From contig CAJXZK010000001.1 in NCBI GenBank assembly GCA_913063055.1, positions 1 to 55,864 of the forward strand: 55,864 nucleotides of DNA, given 5' to 3'. The translations under genes and the position numbers were made by a program. The DNA is from an uncultured bacterium. Its GTDB lineage: Bacteria > Cyanobacteriota > Vampirovibrionia > Obscuribacterales > Obscuribacteraceae. The notes under the pieces are model-generated. The model made no database searches. It had not been told where the DNA came from and saw nothing but the letters and a program-made list of their open reading frames with translations. Shown piece after piece: positions 1 to 8,701 of this stretch; positions within the stretch are counted from its first letter, which is position 1; each line of letters starts with the position of its first letter.

Positions 1-27
1 GGGCTCGGAGATGTGTATAAGAGACAG
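1..27. other. Illumina Nextera adapter remnant (i7/Read-2 side)
   Basis: GGGCTCGG followed by the 19-nt Tn5 mosaic end AGATGTGTATAAGAGACAG. This is an exact match to the 3' part of the Nextera Read-2 transposase adapter, so the contig end is non-biological. Confidence 0.97.
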
Positions 28-49
28 ATATAAGTAAGGAGATAAAACA

Positions 50-130
50 ATGGAAATTCTAATTTGCGGTGCGGCTAGTGTGGTGATGGCTCAAGTTTTA
101 ATGATTATTTTTGAAGAAAGTAAGAAATAA
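50..130 (+). CDS. 26-aa hydrophobic mini-ORF (MEILICGAASVVMAQVLMIIFEESKK), speculative
   Basis: ATG at 50, TAA at 128-130, AAGGAG (36-41) 8 nt upstream. One hydrophobic helix plus a charged tail, in the style of Fst/Ldr-type membrane peptides. Too short to score, and only 22 nt from the adapter. Confidence 0.25.
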   Translation: MEILICGAASVVMAQVLMIIFEESKK

Positions 131-133
131 GAC

Positions 134-162
134 TTGACAAACAGCAATTAACATGCTATAAT
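134..162 (+). promoter_or_regulatory. sigma70-type promoter with perfect consensus hexamers
   Basis: TTGACA (134-139), 17-nt spacer, TATAAT (157-162). Lies 32 nt upstream of ATG 195 and points into the small-ORF pair. Confidence 0.5.
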
Positions 163-194
163 AGAACTATAACAACAACAACCAAGGAAACAGA

Positions 195-548
195 ATGAAG
201 ATTAGTAACCCCGAAACCCAAGCCCTTTTCGATGCCCTCGCTCGGAACACCCGCGAAATGATCGTGGTCCCGAATAGCTGGCTCCCAAAAGAATACCACC
301 ACAATCGAGACGGTGGGCGTTCCCTGCAAGAGTTGAGCGACATGGCAACCGTCAAGATGGAGACGGAAACGCAGCACCAAAAACTCAAAAGAGAGAAATC
401 AGAACGGGCAGAGAACTATAGGAAACAATGGGAAAACAGCGAAACCCCCCTTGACCACGATGAAGATTCTGATAAACTATACAGGAACCAACTGACGTTT
501 GTTGGTGTGATGATAAAAACCGGAGTAATGGAGGGATTTGATGAGTAA
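195..548 (+). CDS. hypothetical protein (117 aa, acidic/charged)
   Basis: ATG preceded by AAGGAAA 7 nt upstream. The stop overlaps the next ORF's start (ATGAGTAA). No recognisable domain. Confidence 0.5.
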   Translation: MKISNPETQALFDALARNTREMIVVPNSWLPKEYHHNRDGGRSLQELSDMATVKMETETQHQKLKREKSERAENYRKQWENSETPLDHDEDSDKLYRNQLTFVGVMIKTGVMEGFDE

Positions 549-720
549 TTTTAAAGTGACAATCAACAAAGAAACCGCGTGGCTTGTGACTGATAAGCGA
601 ACCGGAATGTCTAGGAAAATTTGGAATAAGAACGATGCAGAAAACTATCTCGACCAACAAGAGAACGTACAGCCCAAAACTAAGGGCCGCAAGTTTCAAG
701 CACAAAAACGAAAAGCGTAA
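541..720 (+). CDS. hypothetical small basic protein (59 aa)
   Basis: ATG 541 has GGAGGG 5 nt upstream and overlaps the stop of the 195-548 ORF by 8 nt (translational coupling). Lys/Arg-rich C-terminus. No recognisable domain. Confidence 0.45.
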   Translation: MSNFKVTINKETAWLVTDKRTGMSRKIWNKNDAENYLDQQENVQPKTKGRKFQAQKRKA

Positions 721-3388
721 CAATCGCCAACAACAAAAACAAAATCAATCAGCAGAGACAAAAGCCAATGAACAGGCCGATTCAGGCACGCTGGTAGCCA
801 TGGCCTCGGGCGGCAAACAACTAGGCAGCTGCCCCCTCAAGCATACTGATGTACAAGCTGAAATATCAGGCTACATCTCCAGAGTGACAGTTAAACAGGT
901 TTTCCAAAATCCATTCAAAGACAAAATCGAAGCCGTCTATACCTTCCCTCTATCAGAGAATGGCGCTGTCGACGAAATGCAAATGAAAGTTGGCGCAAGA
1001 GTGATCAAGGGCAGCATCAAAAAACGCGAAGAAGCAAGACAAATTTATGATCAAGCTCGAGCCAATGGCTATGTAGCTTCACTGCTAGATCAAGAGCGCA
1101 CCAACATTTTCACTCAATCAGTGGCCAACATTGAGCCCGGCAAAGAAATAGAAATCACAATCAAATACATAGAAACTCTTCCATATGAAGCTGGCAAATT
1201 TAGCTTCACCTTCCCAACGGTAGTGGGGCCAAGATTCATCCCCGGTGAACCGGTCGGCAAATCAGGCGGGGGCTGGGCCAATGACACTAACCAAGTTCCC
1301 GACGCCTCTCGCATTACACCAAATGTAGTGGCAGCAGGACAGCGTGCCGGTCATGATATTTCAATCAATGTTCACCTCAATGCCGGTATGCCGGTCTCGC
1401 AAATTTCCTCCAAACTACACGAAGTACAGGTACATAACACTGGCAATAGCCAGGCTGACATCAGCCTCACCGATAAAGCTACGATTCCAAACAAAGACTT
1501 TGTTCTGAGCTGGAATGTCGCTGAAGACGCGCTCAAGAGCGGCTATGTTACTTACCGTGACCCATCAGCCAAAGATGGTGCTGGATACTTTACCGTGATG
1601 TTAATTCCACCCAAGCGAATCACACCAGACAAAGTAGCGCCAAAAGAAATGGTATTTGTTATTGACTGTTCCGGCTCCCAGAGCGGTGCGCCATTGAACA
1701 AAGCCAAAGAAACTATGCACTATATCTTGGATCATATGAATGCCAATGACACCTTCCAAATCATTGCCTTCAACAGCACTCAGTCGCAATTTGCCGATAA
1801 GCCGCAGCCAGTCAGCGCTGACATGAAGGCCAAAGCCCGCCACTTCATCGACAGCCTGCAAGCCAATGGAGGCACGTGGATGGCTCCTGCCGTGGAAAAA
1901 GCTTGCGCCATTCCAGCCGACGGCAACCGTCTGCGCATTGTTACCTTCATGACTGACGGCTATGTAGGCAACGACTACGAAGTGATGGGCATGATCAAAA
2001 AGCTCAGAGGAAAATCACGTTGGTTCTCCTTTGGCACCGGCAACAGCGTCAATCGCACATTAATCGACGGCATGGCAAAAGAAGGAGGCGGCGAAGCTGA
2101 ATATGTTCTGTTGAACAGCTCAGCAGAAGAAGTAGGCAAGAAATTCTACGACCGCATTTCTACCCCAGTGCTAACCGATGTAGAAGTAAAAGTAGATGGA
2201 GTGACAACCAAAGAGGTTTATCCCAAAGAAGTCTCCGATGTTTGGGCAGAAAAACCACTCTACTTCAAAGGCAAATATATCAAAGGCGGCCAGGGCACCA
2301 TTGTGCTCAAAGGCTTTGCCGCCGGTAAACCATACGAGCAAAAAATCAATGTTCGCTTCCCCGAATCTGATACAAAAAACCGTGGTGTCGCTTCAATGTG
2401 GGCTCGCGCCAAAGTTGACAGACTGATGAGCGAAGACTGGTTCGGCGCCCAATCAGGCCAAGCCAATAAAGAAATCAAAGATGAGATAACAAATGTCGCT
2501 CTCGATCATCACATTCTCACTCAATACACCTCATTTGTTGCAGTTGACGAAAGCAAAGTAACAAAAGGAGATCCAGCAAAAACTGTCAACGTCGAAGTAG
2601 AAATGCCTGATGGTGTCTCACGGGAGGGAATATTCGGCAAAGGCAATGAGGGTAGAGCAGTTGCCATGGCTCGACCAATGGCCGCCATGCCAGCTCCGTT
2701 TATGAGTGGATCAAGAGCGAAGGGAATAGCATTCGGCTTTAGTGCTGGAGGCTCCGCTGGCGGTGGCGGAGGGCAAAGCTATGGCCAACCATCGGTTAGC
2801 CGTCGCCAAATGGCAACAAATGCTACGCAGTTCCAAATCGCAAATGCATCACCAAACGTAAATCTCAAAGCATCTCTTCCAGCTTCTGAGCACGCCTTCT
2901 ACAAAGCTCCGCACCAGCTCTCCAGCGCAGACTCTAGCAACGGTCCAACCAGCGGGTCAGTAGCAAAAGTCAGAGAGAAGAAAGAAACGGTTGATCAACT
3001 GCGGGACAGAGAAGCTGACAAGAAAGTAGCCAAAGACGATGCCGCTAAACTCAAACCAGCCAGAGAAGAAATCTTCGACACTAGCAAAATGTCTCAATCT
3101 CTAGCAGCTGGGCTTGCAAGCACGGGTAAAAACAAAAACACAACCCTGAACACCGCACGCAAAGGCGACCGATACTTGTTGGCAATAACCATCAAAGACC
3201 TCACCAGCGAAATCGAGAAAATTTTGAAAGCGCTTGGTGTGGAAATTGTATCGAAAGACGCAGCGAAGACCGATGCTCAAGGTAAGAAAACAACAGTGGT
3301 AAGAGCCTACCTCAAACTAAACAAACTAGAGGCTATAGCCAAACAAGATTTCGTTTTACATATCGACCTTGCTTCGGACCGCAAGTAG
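635..3388 (+). CDS. VIT domain + von Willebrand factor A domain protein with long low-complexity tail
   Basis: VIT-like N-terminal block (PLKHTDVQAEISGYISRVTVKQVFQNPF...YTFPL). vWA with MIDAS motif (VFVIDCSGSQSG) and later TDG. Gly/Ser/Ala-rich C-terminal third. No signal peptide. Start is uncertain: ATG 635 overlaps the previous ORF by 86 nt, and ATG 800 is the alternative. Confidence 0.9.
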   Translation: MQKTISTNKRTYSPKLRAASFKHKNEKRNNRQQQKQNQSAETKANEQADSGTLVAMASGGKQLGSCPLKHTDVQAEISGYISRVTVKQVFQNPFKDKIEAVYTFPLSENGAVDEMQMKVGARVIKGSIKKREEARQIYDQARANGYVASLLDQERTNIFTQSVANIEPGKEIEITIKYIETLPYEAGKFSFTFPTVVGPRFIPGEPVGKSGGGWANDTNQVPDASRITPNVVAAGQRAGHDISINVHLNAGMPVSQISSKLHEVQVHNTGNSQADISLTDKATIPNKDFVLSWNVAEDALKSGYVTYRDPSAKDGAGYFTVMLIPPKRITPDKVAPKEMVFVIDCSGSQSGAPLNKAKETMHYILDHMNANDTFQIIAFNSTQSQFADKPQPVSADMKAKARHFIDSLQANGGTWMAPAVEKACAIPADGNRLRIVTFMTDGYVGNDYEVMGMIKKLRGKSRWFSFGTGNSVNRTLIDGMAKEGGGEAEYVLLNSSAEEVGKKFYDRISTPVLTDVEVKVDGVTTKEVYPKEVSDVWAEKPLYFKGKYIKGGQGTIVLKGFAAGKPYEQKINVRFPESDTKNRGVASMWARAKVDRLMSEDWFGAQSGQANKEIKDEITNVALDHHILTQYTSFVAVDESKVTKGDPAKTVNVEVEMPDGVSREGIFGKGNEGRAVAMARPMAAMPAPFMSGSRAKGIAFGFSAGGSAGGGGGQSYGQPSVSRRQMATNATQFQIANASPNVNLKASLPASEHAFYKAPHQLSSADSSNGPTSGSVAKVREKKETVDQLRDREADKKVAKDDAAKLKPAREEIFDTSKMSQSLAAGLASTGKNKNTTLNTARKGDRYLLAITIKDLTSEIEKILKALGVEIVSKDAAKTDAQGKKTTVVRAYLKLNKLEAIAKQDFVLHIDLASDRK

Positions 3389-3390
3389 AG

Positions 3391-3451
3391 ACTGTAATCT
3401 GAAAACAAAGGACCGCCTGCAAAGGCGGTCTTTTTGTTTTCAGATTACAGT
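3391..3451. terminator. long hairpin, intrinsic terminator after the VIT-vWA gene
   Basis: ACTGTAATCTGAAAACAAAGGACCGCCT / AGGCGGTCTTTTTGTTTTCAGATTACAGT: ~28-bp arms with one mismatch/bulge and a GCAA loop. The GC core GGACCGCC/GGCGGTC is followed by TTTTTGTTTT. Starts 3 nt after the stop codon. Confidence 0.6.
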
Positions 3452-3526
3452 GGCATTCATCAGTATTATCACGATTGCAGAGGTAGGCATCGGCAACTAA
3501 GCTTATCTGCTAAACTGGAAAAATTA

Positions 3527-5269
3527 GTGGTTAGCAAACTGATTCTCACTTTTATATCGATTGTAATCGGCATTACTGCTGCTACTTTGTATCAACAAGA
3601 CGAATGGAACAGACTGACGTCCAAGGGCGAAGAAGAATCAAGAAACGGTCAATATGATCAAGCAAAGGCTAATTTTACAGCGGCTCTGATGCTCGTTGAC
3701 AAACCCGGTGGTGATCAGTCAAAACTGATTGAGAGTCTGAGAAATCTTGCAAGCATAAATCACCACCCCTCTCAGAGAGCCTATGCAGAGTCGCTACTGA
3801 GAAGGGCTTTTCTAGTTGCCGACACCAATGAAAAAGGCAACACTTACAAGCCGCTGATACTCTGGGAACTTGCTTGGGTGCTTGACTCGCAGCAACGTAA
3901 CACTGACTGCCGAATTGCTAGACAGCAAGCGCTGGCAATATGGCTGAGCAGCCCTGGTCCTTACCCGCCAGAAGCCAGCATCTGCATGAACACAGTGGCA
4001 AAAGACTATGCAGCAATTGGCCAATACAGTGAAGCAGAACGAATCTACCAGCAATCAATGTCAAACAGAAAGGTCAATCGGCTCTGCACCTATACCGGTC
4101 CGCATGAAGATACGGCCGACATATACAACATGGCCGAGTTAGAACTCAGCCGCAAAAATTATTCTTCGGCAGCAGAGTATTTCAAACAGTTAGGTACGAT
4201 TGGCACACTGGAAGCCGGAATTGCACTAGAGAGAATTCACCCAGAATTACAGCGAGCGGCAGATATGTACTGCCGAGCCGGCAACTACAAAGCAGCAGAA
4301 GAGCTCTACATTCATGCGCTAAAAGCGCTAGAAAACGACAAATCATGCGAGCACAAGTCAGAATTTTCGTGTCTCTATAGCTTAGCGTTACTCTATGACG
4401 TCCAAGGGAAGTTCGACAAAGCAAAGCCACTCTACAAATATTGTTTTGCCCGATGCAAAAAAATAGACAAAAGATATCCCTGCTACGTACCGGAAGAATT
4501 TTCAACCATAACTACATTCCTCAATGACACCCATCAAACAGCGAAGGAAGAAGAGTTAGTTAGCCACAACTTGCAACTCTGCGAGGATGTACTCGGAAGC
4601 ACTCATATATTCACTACAATTTATTTGGGTCTTAGGGCTTCCCTGGATGAAGAGCAAGGCCGATTGAAGCAATGCCAGCAAATCAGTGAACGCATACTAA
4701 ACAATAACCAGAAGAATTACGGCCCCAATAGCGGACGAGCCTGCAACAGCCTTTATCTACTGGGCCAGCTCCACCTCAGAACGGGAAACCTGTCCGAAGC
4801 TCAGCGCTACTTAGAGCAAGCCCTTGAGCTAGACAAGAAAGGAGACAGTGACGTTAGCGACAGAGCGCACATTCGCACAGCCCTAGCCGCCCTCTACAAC
4901 AAACAAAAGAGACCAGAGAAAGTACCTCCGCTGCTAGCAGATATTCTTAAAAACGAGCTGCACATAATCGCTGTGCAAGAGGAGGAGTTTGGCGACAATT
5001 CACCACACCTAGCTATCGAACTCCAATCATGCGCCGAAATCTACTACCTAATGGGCAAGTACCCTCAGGCTCTCGGTTTAATTAAAAGAACTGCTACTCT
5101 GCAATTGAGCGACCCAAGTCTGCCGCCACAAGAGCTAGTCGAGGCACTCACATATCACGACGAGCTCTTACGAAAAATGAACTATATCGCAGAAGCTGAG
5201 GAGCTAGAATTCAAGGCAAAGAAAATAGTTGAGCAGCTGGCTTCTAAGGGCAAAACGGAGCTAAAGTAA
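3527..5269 (+). CDS. membrane-anchored tetratricopeptide (TPR) repeat protein
   Basis: N-terminal TM helix (LILTFISIVIGITAATLY) followed by many TPR-like helical pairs (e.g. AEELYIHALKALEN, KAKPLYKYCFARCKK, EAQRYLEQALELDKK). The ORF-track TTG 3434 lies inside the terminator hairpin, so GTG 3527 (or CTG 3515) is preferred. Exact start is uncertain. Confidence 0.85.
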   Translation: MVSKLILTFISIVIGITAATLYQQDEWNRLTSKGEEESRNGQYDQAKANFTAALMLVDKPGGDQSKLIESLRNLASINHHPSQRAYAESLLRRAFLVADTNEKGNTYKPLILWELAWVLDSQQRNTDCRIARQQALAIWLSSPGPYPPEASICMNTVAKDYAAIGQYSEAERIYQQSMSNRKVNRLCTYTGPHEDTADIYNMAELELSRKNYSSAAEYFKQLGTIGTLEAGIALERIHPELQRAADMYCRAGNYKAAEELYIHALKALENDKSCEHKSEFSCLYSLALLYDVQGKFDKAKPLYKYCFARCKKIDKRYPCYVPEEFSTITTFLNDTHQTAKEEELVSHNLQLCEDVLGSTHIFTTIYLGLRASLDEEQGRLKQCQQISERILNNNQKNYGPNSGRACNSLYLLGQLHLRTGNLSEAQRYLEQALELDKKGDSDVSDRAHIRTALAALYNKQKRPEKVPPLLADILKNELHIIAVQEEEFGDNSPHLAIELQSCAEIYYLMGKYPQALGLIKRTATLQLSDPSLPPQELVEALTYHDELLRKMNYIAEAEELEFKAKKIVEQLASKGKTELK

Positions 5270-5293
5270 CCGCCTGGCCACCAATGTGTCAAA

Positions 5294-6604
5294 ATGGCCT
5301 ATGTCAAATGCAGTGAAAAACTGCCCAACAGGAATCCCGTGCCCGAAGAATCGCCCTACGCAGTCCTAAAGCTACCAGACTACAGATTGCTTCTGATGAG
5401 CCGTCTGCTAGTTACGATTGCCGTTCAAATTCAAGGTATTGCCGTGGGCTGGCAGATCTACTCCATCACTAACAGCCCTCTCGCCCTTGGTCTAGCCGGG
5501 CTGACAGAAGCCATACCGGCTATCGGAGTGGCTCTCTACGCCGGCCACGTGGCTGACATTGTTGACCGCCGCAAAATCGTGCTCTGGGCCGTAGCTTCTT
5601 TGGTCGTGAGCATGGCAATTCTCACCATCTGCACATTAAGCACCCACCACAACCCAACCCTTCTAGTCTGTATATTTTCGATTATTGCCTTGTCTGGGGT
5701 ATCCCGAGGCTTCTATGGCCCGGCAATTTTCGGCATCGTCTCAGATATTGTCCCCCGACCACTCTTGGGCAACGCCGCCGCATGGAACAGCACAGTGTGG
5801 CAATCGTCAGCGGTAGCTGGCCCAATCTTAGGAGGCGTGCTCTATGCCTGGCTCCATGCGCCTTACACCTACTTGGTTTCAACAGTGATGCTGATGGCAG
5901 CTTTCGTCAGTTTCTGCCAGGTGAAGTCGCGCACAGTTATCACACCGAAGAAGTATGAAAGTGTTTTTGACAACATCAAAGAAGGCTTAGATTTTGTCTT
6001 CAAGAACCAAGTGATTCTTGGTGCCATGGCCTTAGACTTATTTGCCGTGTTATTTGGCGGGGCCGTAGCCCTGCTGCCAATTTTCGCCAAAGAGATATTT
6101 CACTGCGGTCCCGAAGTATTAGGCATGCTCAGAGCGGCACCATCAGTGGGCTCTATGGTGACAGCAATAGTACTTACGCACCGACCAATCACTCATAACT
6201 CAGGCAAGATATTCATGCTGGCGGCAGCTGGGTTTGGTGCTTGCATGATTGCCTTTGGTCTCTCAACCAATCTCTATTTATCGCTCTTGATTCTCACCAT
6301 AAGTGGTGCCTTAGATGGAATAAGCGTCTGGGTACGGAGCACAATCTTCCAACTAAAAACACCAAACGAAATGAAAGGCCGCGTCTCAGCAGTGAACAAC
6401 ATGTTCATTGGCTCATCAAATGAAATCGGCGAATTCGAATCAGGTGTCACAGCCAAGATCATGGGCTTAGTACCGTCAGTGGTATTTGGTGGAATCATGA
6501 CACTAATCGTAGTGCTTGTGACGAGCATCAAAGCCCCCAAACTAAGACGCCTGAATATCCACGAACTCTATAAAGAACAAAGCGAAGAACTTTCACAGAA
6601 GTAA
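5294..6604 (+). CDS. MFS transporter (EntS / MFS_3-like)
   Basis: 436 aa with about 12 hydrophobic helices. The N-terminal block YRLLLMSRLLVTIAVQIQGIAVGWQIY is typical of the transmembrane-secretion-effector/enterobactin-exporter-like MFS subfamily. Confidence 0.88.
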   Translation: MAYVKCSEKLPNRNPVPEESPYAVLKLPDYRLLLMSRLLVTIAVQIQGIAVGWQIYSITNSPLALGLAGLTEAIPAIGVALYAGHVADIVDRRKIVLWAVASLVVSMAILTICTLSTHHNPTLLVCIFSIIALSGVSRGFYGPAIFGIVSDIVPRPLLGNAAAWNSTVWQSSAVAGPILGGVLYAWLHAPYTYLVSTVMLMAAFVSFCQVKSRTVITPKKYESVFDNIKEGLDFVFKNQVILGAMALDLFAVLFGGAVALLPIFAKEIFHCGPEVLGMLRAAPSVGSMVTAIVLTHRPITHNSGKIFMLAAAGFGACMIAFGLSTNLYLSLLILTISGALDGISVWVRSTIFQLKTPNEMKGRVSAVNNMFIGSSNEIGEFESGVTAKIMGLVPSVVFGGIMTLIVVLVTSIKAPKLRRLNIHELYKEQSEELSQK

Positions 6605-6636
6605 AAAGTCTACGATTATGGAAGCCAACCGTGCGT

Positions 6637-7419
6637 CTACTCAAGGTGCAGGGCTGGCCTAGCGTCTTGCCGAAACTGGCTGAAGCACTCATGCAAGAAG
6701 GCTCGCGGAGTTCTTCCTAAGGCTCTCAAAGCTTCTCTATGGTCAACAACAAAGACGCCGGATATGCCAAGGAATACAGCACTCCAGAAATAATAGATAA
6801 GCCAACGAGCGAAGCGAGGGCAAGGCGACATCTCCTTGCGCATAAAACTCCAGTGAAACTTAAGGTGCGCCATTTCATCGAGCACAATGTCTGAAAAGAT
6901 AGCGCGTAAGCAGGGCTCAGGAAGTCTATCAGCACAAGCCTTATAGAAGCTTTTACCGACAATTTCTGCAGTCAAAATAATGAAAATCTCGGTCTTTAGA
7001 CCAAGCAAATGACGCATGGTGACAAAAGCATAGTCAGACCAGTGCCAAGTAATTAGATAGCCATCCATCAATTCAATAACACGCGCGAGGATCTGAGCAT
7101 GGCCGTTCTCTTCTTTTATAAATAGATCAATGCACTGTTCATAAAGAGAATCATTGAGAGTTCTGGCATATTGCCGCAAATGAGTGCCATCACCAGTTTC
7201 ACCGACCTGAAAACGCTGCAATGATTTGATAATAGGAACACGAACAGAAAATGGAATATCTAAATACTGCGGCCAAACAATTGGCAGTTTATTCTTTTTA
7301 TTGTTCTCAAAATAGGCAAGCCATTCTGCTGATGAAACGACCTTGCAGTTAAAACTGGCGTCAGCGGCCGTATTTGGAGCATCCTCTTCGGGCGGTTGGA
7401 GCAATCGCTGTGAAGTCAT
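6637..7419 (-). CDS. ferritin-like diiron-carboxylate protein with hydrophobic C-terminus
   Basis: Two ExxH motifs (KEENGHAQ, LDEMAHLKFH), each preceded by a distal Glu (VGETGDG, LTAEIVG). This is the four-helix-bundle diiron pattern. The C-terminal segment WLIYYFWSAVFLGISGVFVV looks membrane-embedded. Confidence 0.65.
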   Translation of the reverse strand: MTSQRLLQPPEEDAPNTAADASFNCKVVSSAEWLAYFENNKKNKLPIVWPQYLDIPFSVRVPIIKSLQRFQVGETGDGTHLRQYARTLNDSLYEQCIDLFIKEENGHAQILARVIELMDGYLITWHWSDYAFVTMRHLLGLKTEIFIILTAEIVGKSFYKACADRLPEPCLRAIFSDIVLDEMAHLKFHWSFMRKEMSPCPRFARWLIYYFWSAVFLGISGVFVVDHREALRALGRTPRAFLHECFSQFRQDARPALHLE

Positions 7420-7984
7420 CCTGTAATCCTCGCCATATAGGTTCGTCTACTCTTGACCATGTATCAACTTTTGAGCGCTCCATATGAGCCTAACAGACGA
7501 GGTTAGAACACGAGGTAAACAAACGAGCAGAATTGATCAGCGCAAACAAACCGGTGGTTAAGACGAAGAAGATCGATGTAAGCAACGCGATCTATTTTTG
7601 CCAGCCGCCTTAATAATTCCTATCACCGAGAAGCAAAGCCAAGACCCTGGCCAGCTTTGAACTATTAAGCAATTCAGAGCCATGATGCTTTGTGCAACAA
7701 TAACTCCAGCTTAAATTTGTAGAATTACACCGAAACTTCGTAAATACCGAGGCGGCGAATTCCCACTGCCGAGGCAAAATAGAACTCCCCCCGTTTTATA
7801 TAGAGGCCTTTGCGTGGACGCATCTGACTCATCAAATAGCTCGCAGGCCGATAAGGCCCGCAGCTTCTTCGGTACTGAGTGCCCTCTACAACCAGGCCCT
7901 ACCGAGCTGCCAACCTTAGATGTGGGCCGCAACACTCAGGGCTGCCAGTTCAGAGACTTCGCCCAGCCCGACACAAGCTCGGGC

Positions 7985-8653
7985 ATGGATATCCTCGCCC
8001 TCTACAAAGAGAAGCGACCAAGCATCGTGCAGTTAAAAATGGATGGCCACAAAGATAAAGGCGGACAGTCCATACCCGAAAACTGGGGTGGAACAGCATT
8101 CATGGTAGCCACGGAAGCGAACAGCTGTCTGGCCATAACCGACAACCATGTGGTCAACGGCGTTCCCAACATTAATGGCATTCCAGATAAACGCACAGCG
8201 GTGACAAACACTGGTGAAAGTTTCGATGCAAAGGTCATTGCCACAGACAAGAGCCAAGACCTGGCACTAATTGAAATTGCGACCGGCGATAAAACAGCAG
8301 CAATTTGCAAGCCGCTAGAAATAGTCGACACAAAAATGGATCAAGCCAACGTTCCGGCAGTGGCTATAGGCCAAGCTTATACCTCCGGCGGCTTCTTTGT
8401 TGCCGAAGGAACATTCGATGGCATTAAGAAGCGCGGCGACGCAAAACCAGCGCCATCGCCTCTGCCCGGCGAAGATGCCGACAGAGATGTACAGGTTTTG
8501 ACCATGCATGTGCGCCCTGGGGTCTCCGGCGCGCCAGCGTTTGCAAAGGACGGCAAAGTGGCTGGAGTCATAGACATGGGCGGCGGGCTAGGCTTTGCCA
8601 TCAGTACGCCCATAACCAAGCAGACACTTGTTGATTTAAAGGCGAAGAAATAG
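7985..8653 (+). CDS. trypsin-like (S1, chymotrypsin-fold) serine peptidase
   Basis: Catalytic-triad contexts AITDNHVV (His), QDLALIEI (Asp), RPGVSGAPAF (GxSGxP Ser). The first in-frame ATG is 7985. The ORF-track GTG 7814 would add 57 low-complexity residues. Confidence 0.8.
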   Translation: MDILALYKEKRPSIVQLKMDGHKDKGGQSIPENWGGTAFMVATEANSCLAITDNHVVNGVPNINGIPDKRTAVTNTGESFDAKVIATDKSQDLALIEIATGDKTAAICKPLEIVDTKMDQANVPAVAIGQAYTSGGFFVAEGTFDGIKKRGDAKPAPSPLPGEDADRDVQVLTMHVRPGVSGAPAFAKDGKVAGVIDMGGGLGFAISTPITKQTLVDLKAKK

Positions 8654-8701
8654 GGCTGATATCTTTCGGGGTCAACTTCAACAGACAAATTGCTCGACAG
8701 C

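Noticed and set aside
9-27. 19-bp terminal inverted repeats (AGATGTGTATAAGAGACAG at 9-27 and its reverse complement at 55796-55814) that make the whole contig look like a giant composite transposon.
   Set aside because: They are the Tn5 mosaic ends of the Nextera library adapters. They are flanked by primer-site, index and P5 sequence. No transposase gene or target-site duplication is present.
176-197. AAGGAAACAGAATG resembles the lacZ/pUC ribosome-binding region (AGGAAACAGCTATG), raising the possibility of cloning-vector contamination.
   Set aside because: Only ~9 contiguous identical bases. The flanking sequence, promoter and ORFs do not match lac or pUC sequence as I know it.
7814-7984. 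57-aa N-terminal extension of the serine protease from GTG 7814, and the 74-aa minus ORF 7711-7935.
   Set aside because: The extension is low complexity with no signal peptide and no SD, and the first ATG (7985) starts the protease fold region. The minus ORF has no support. The true start remains uncertain.
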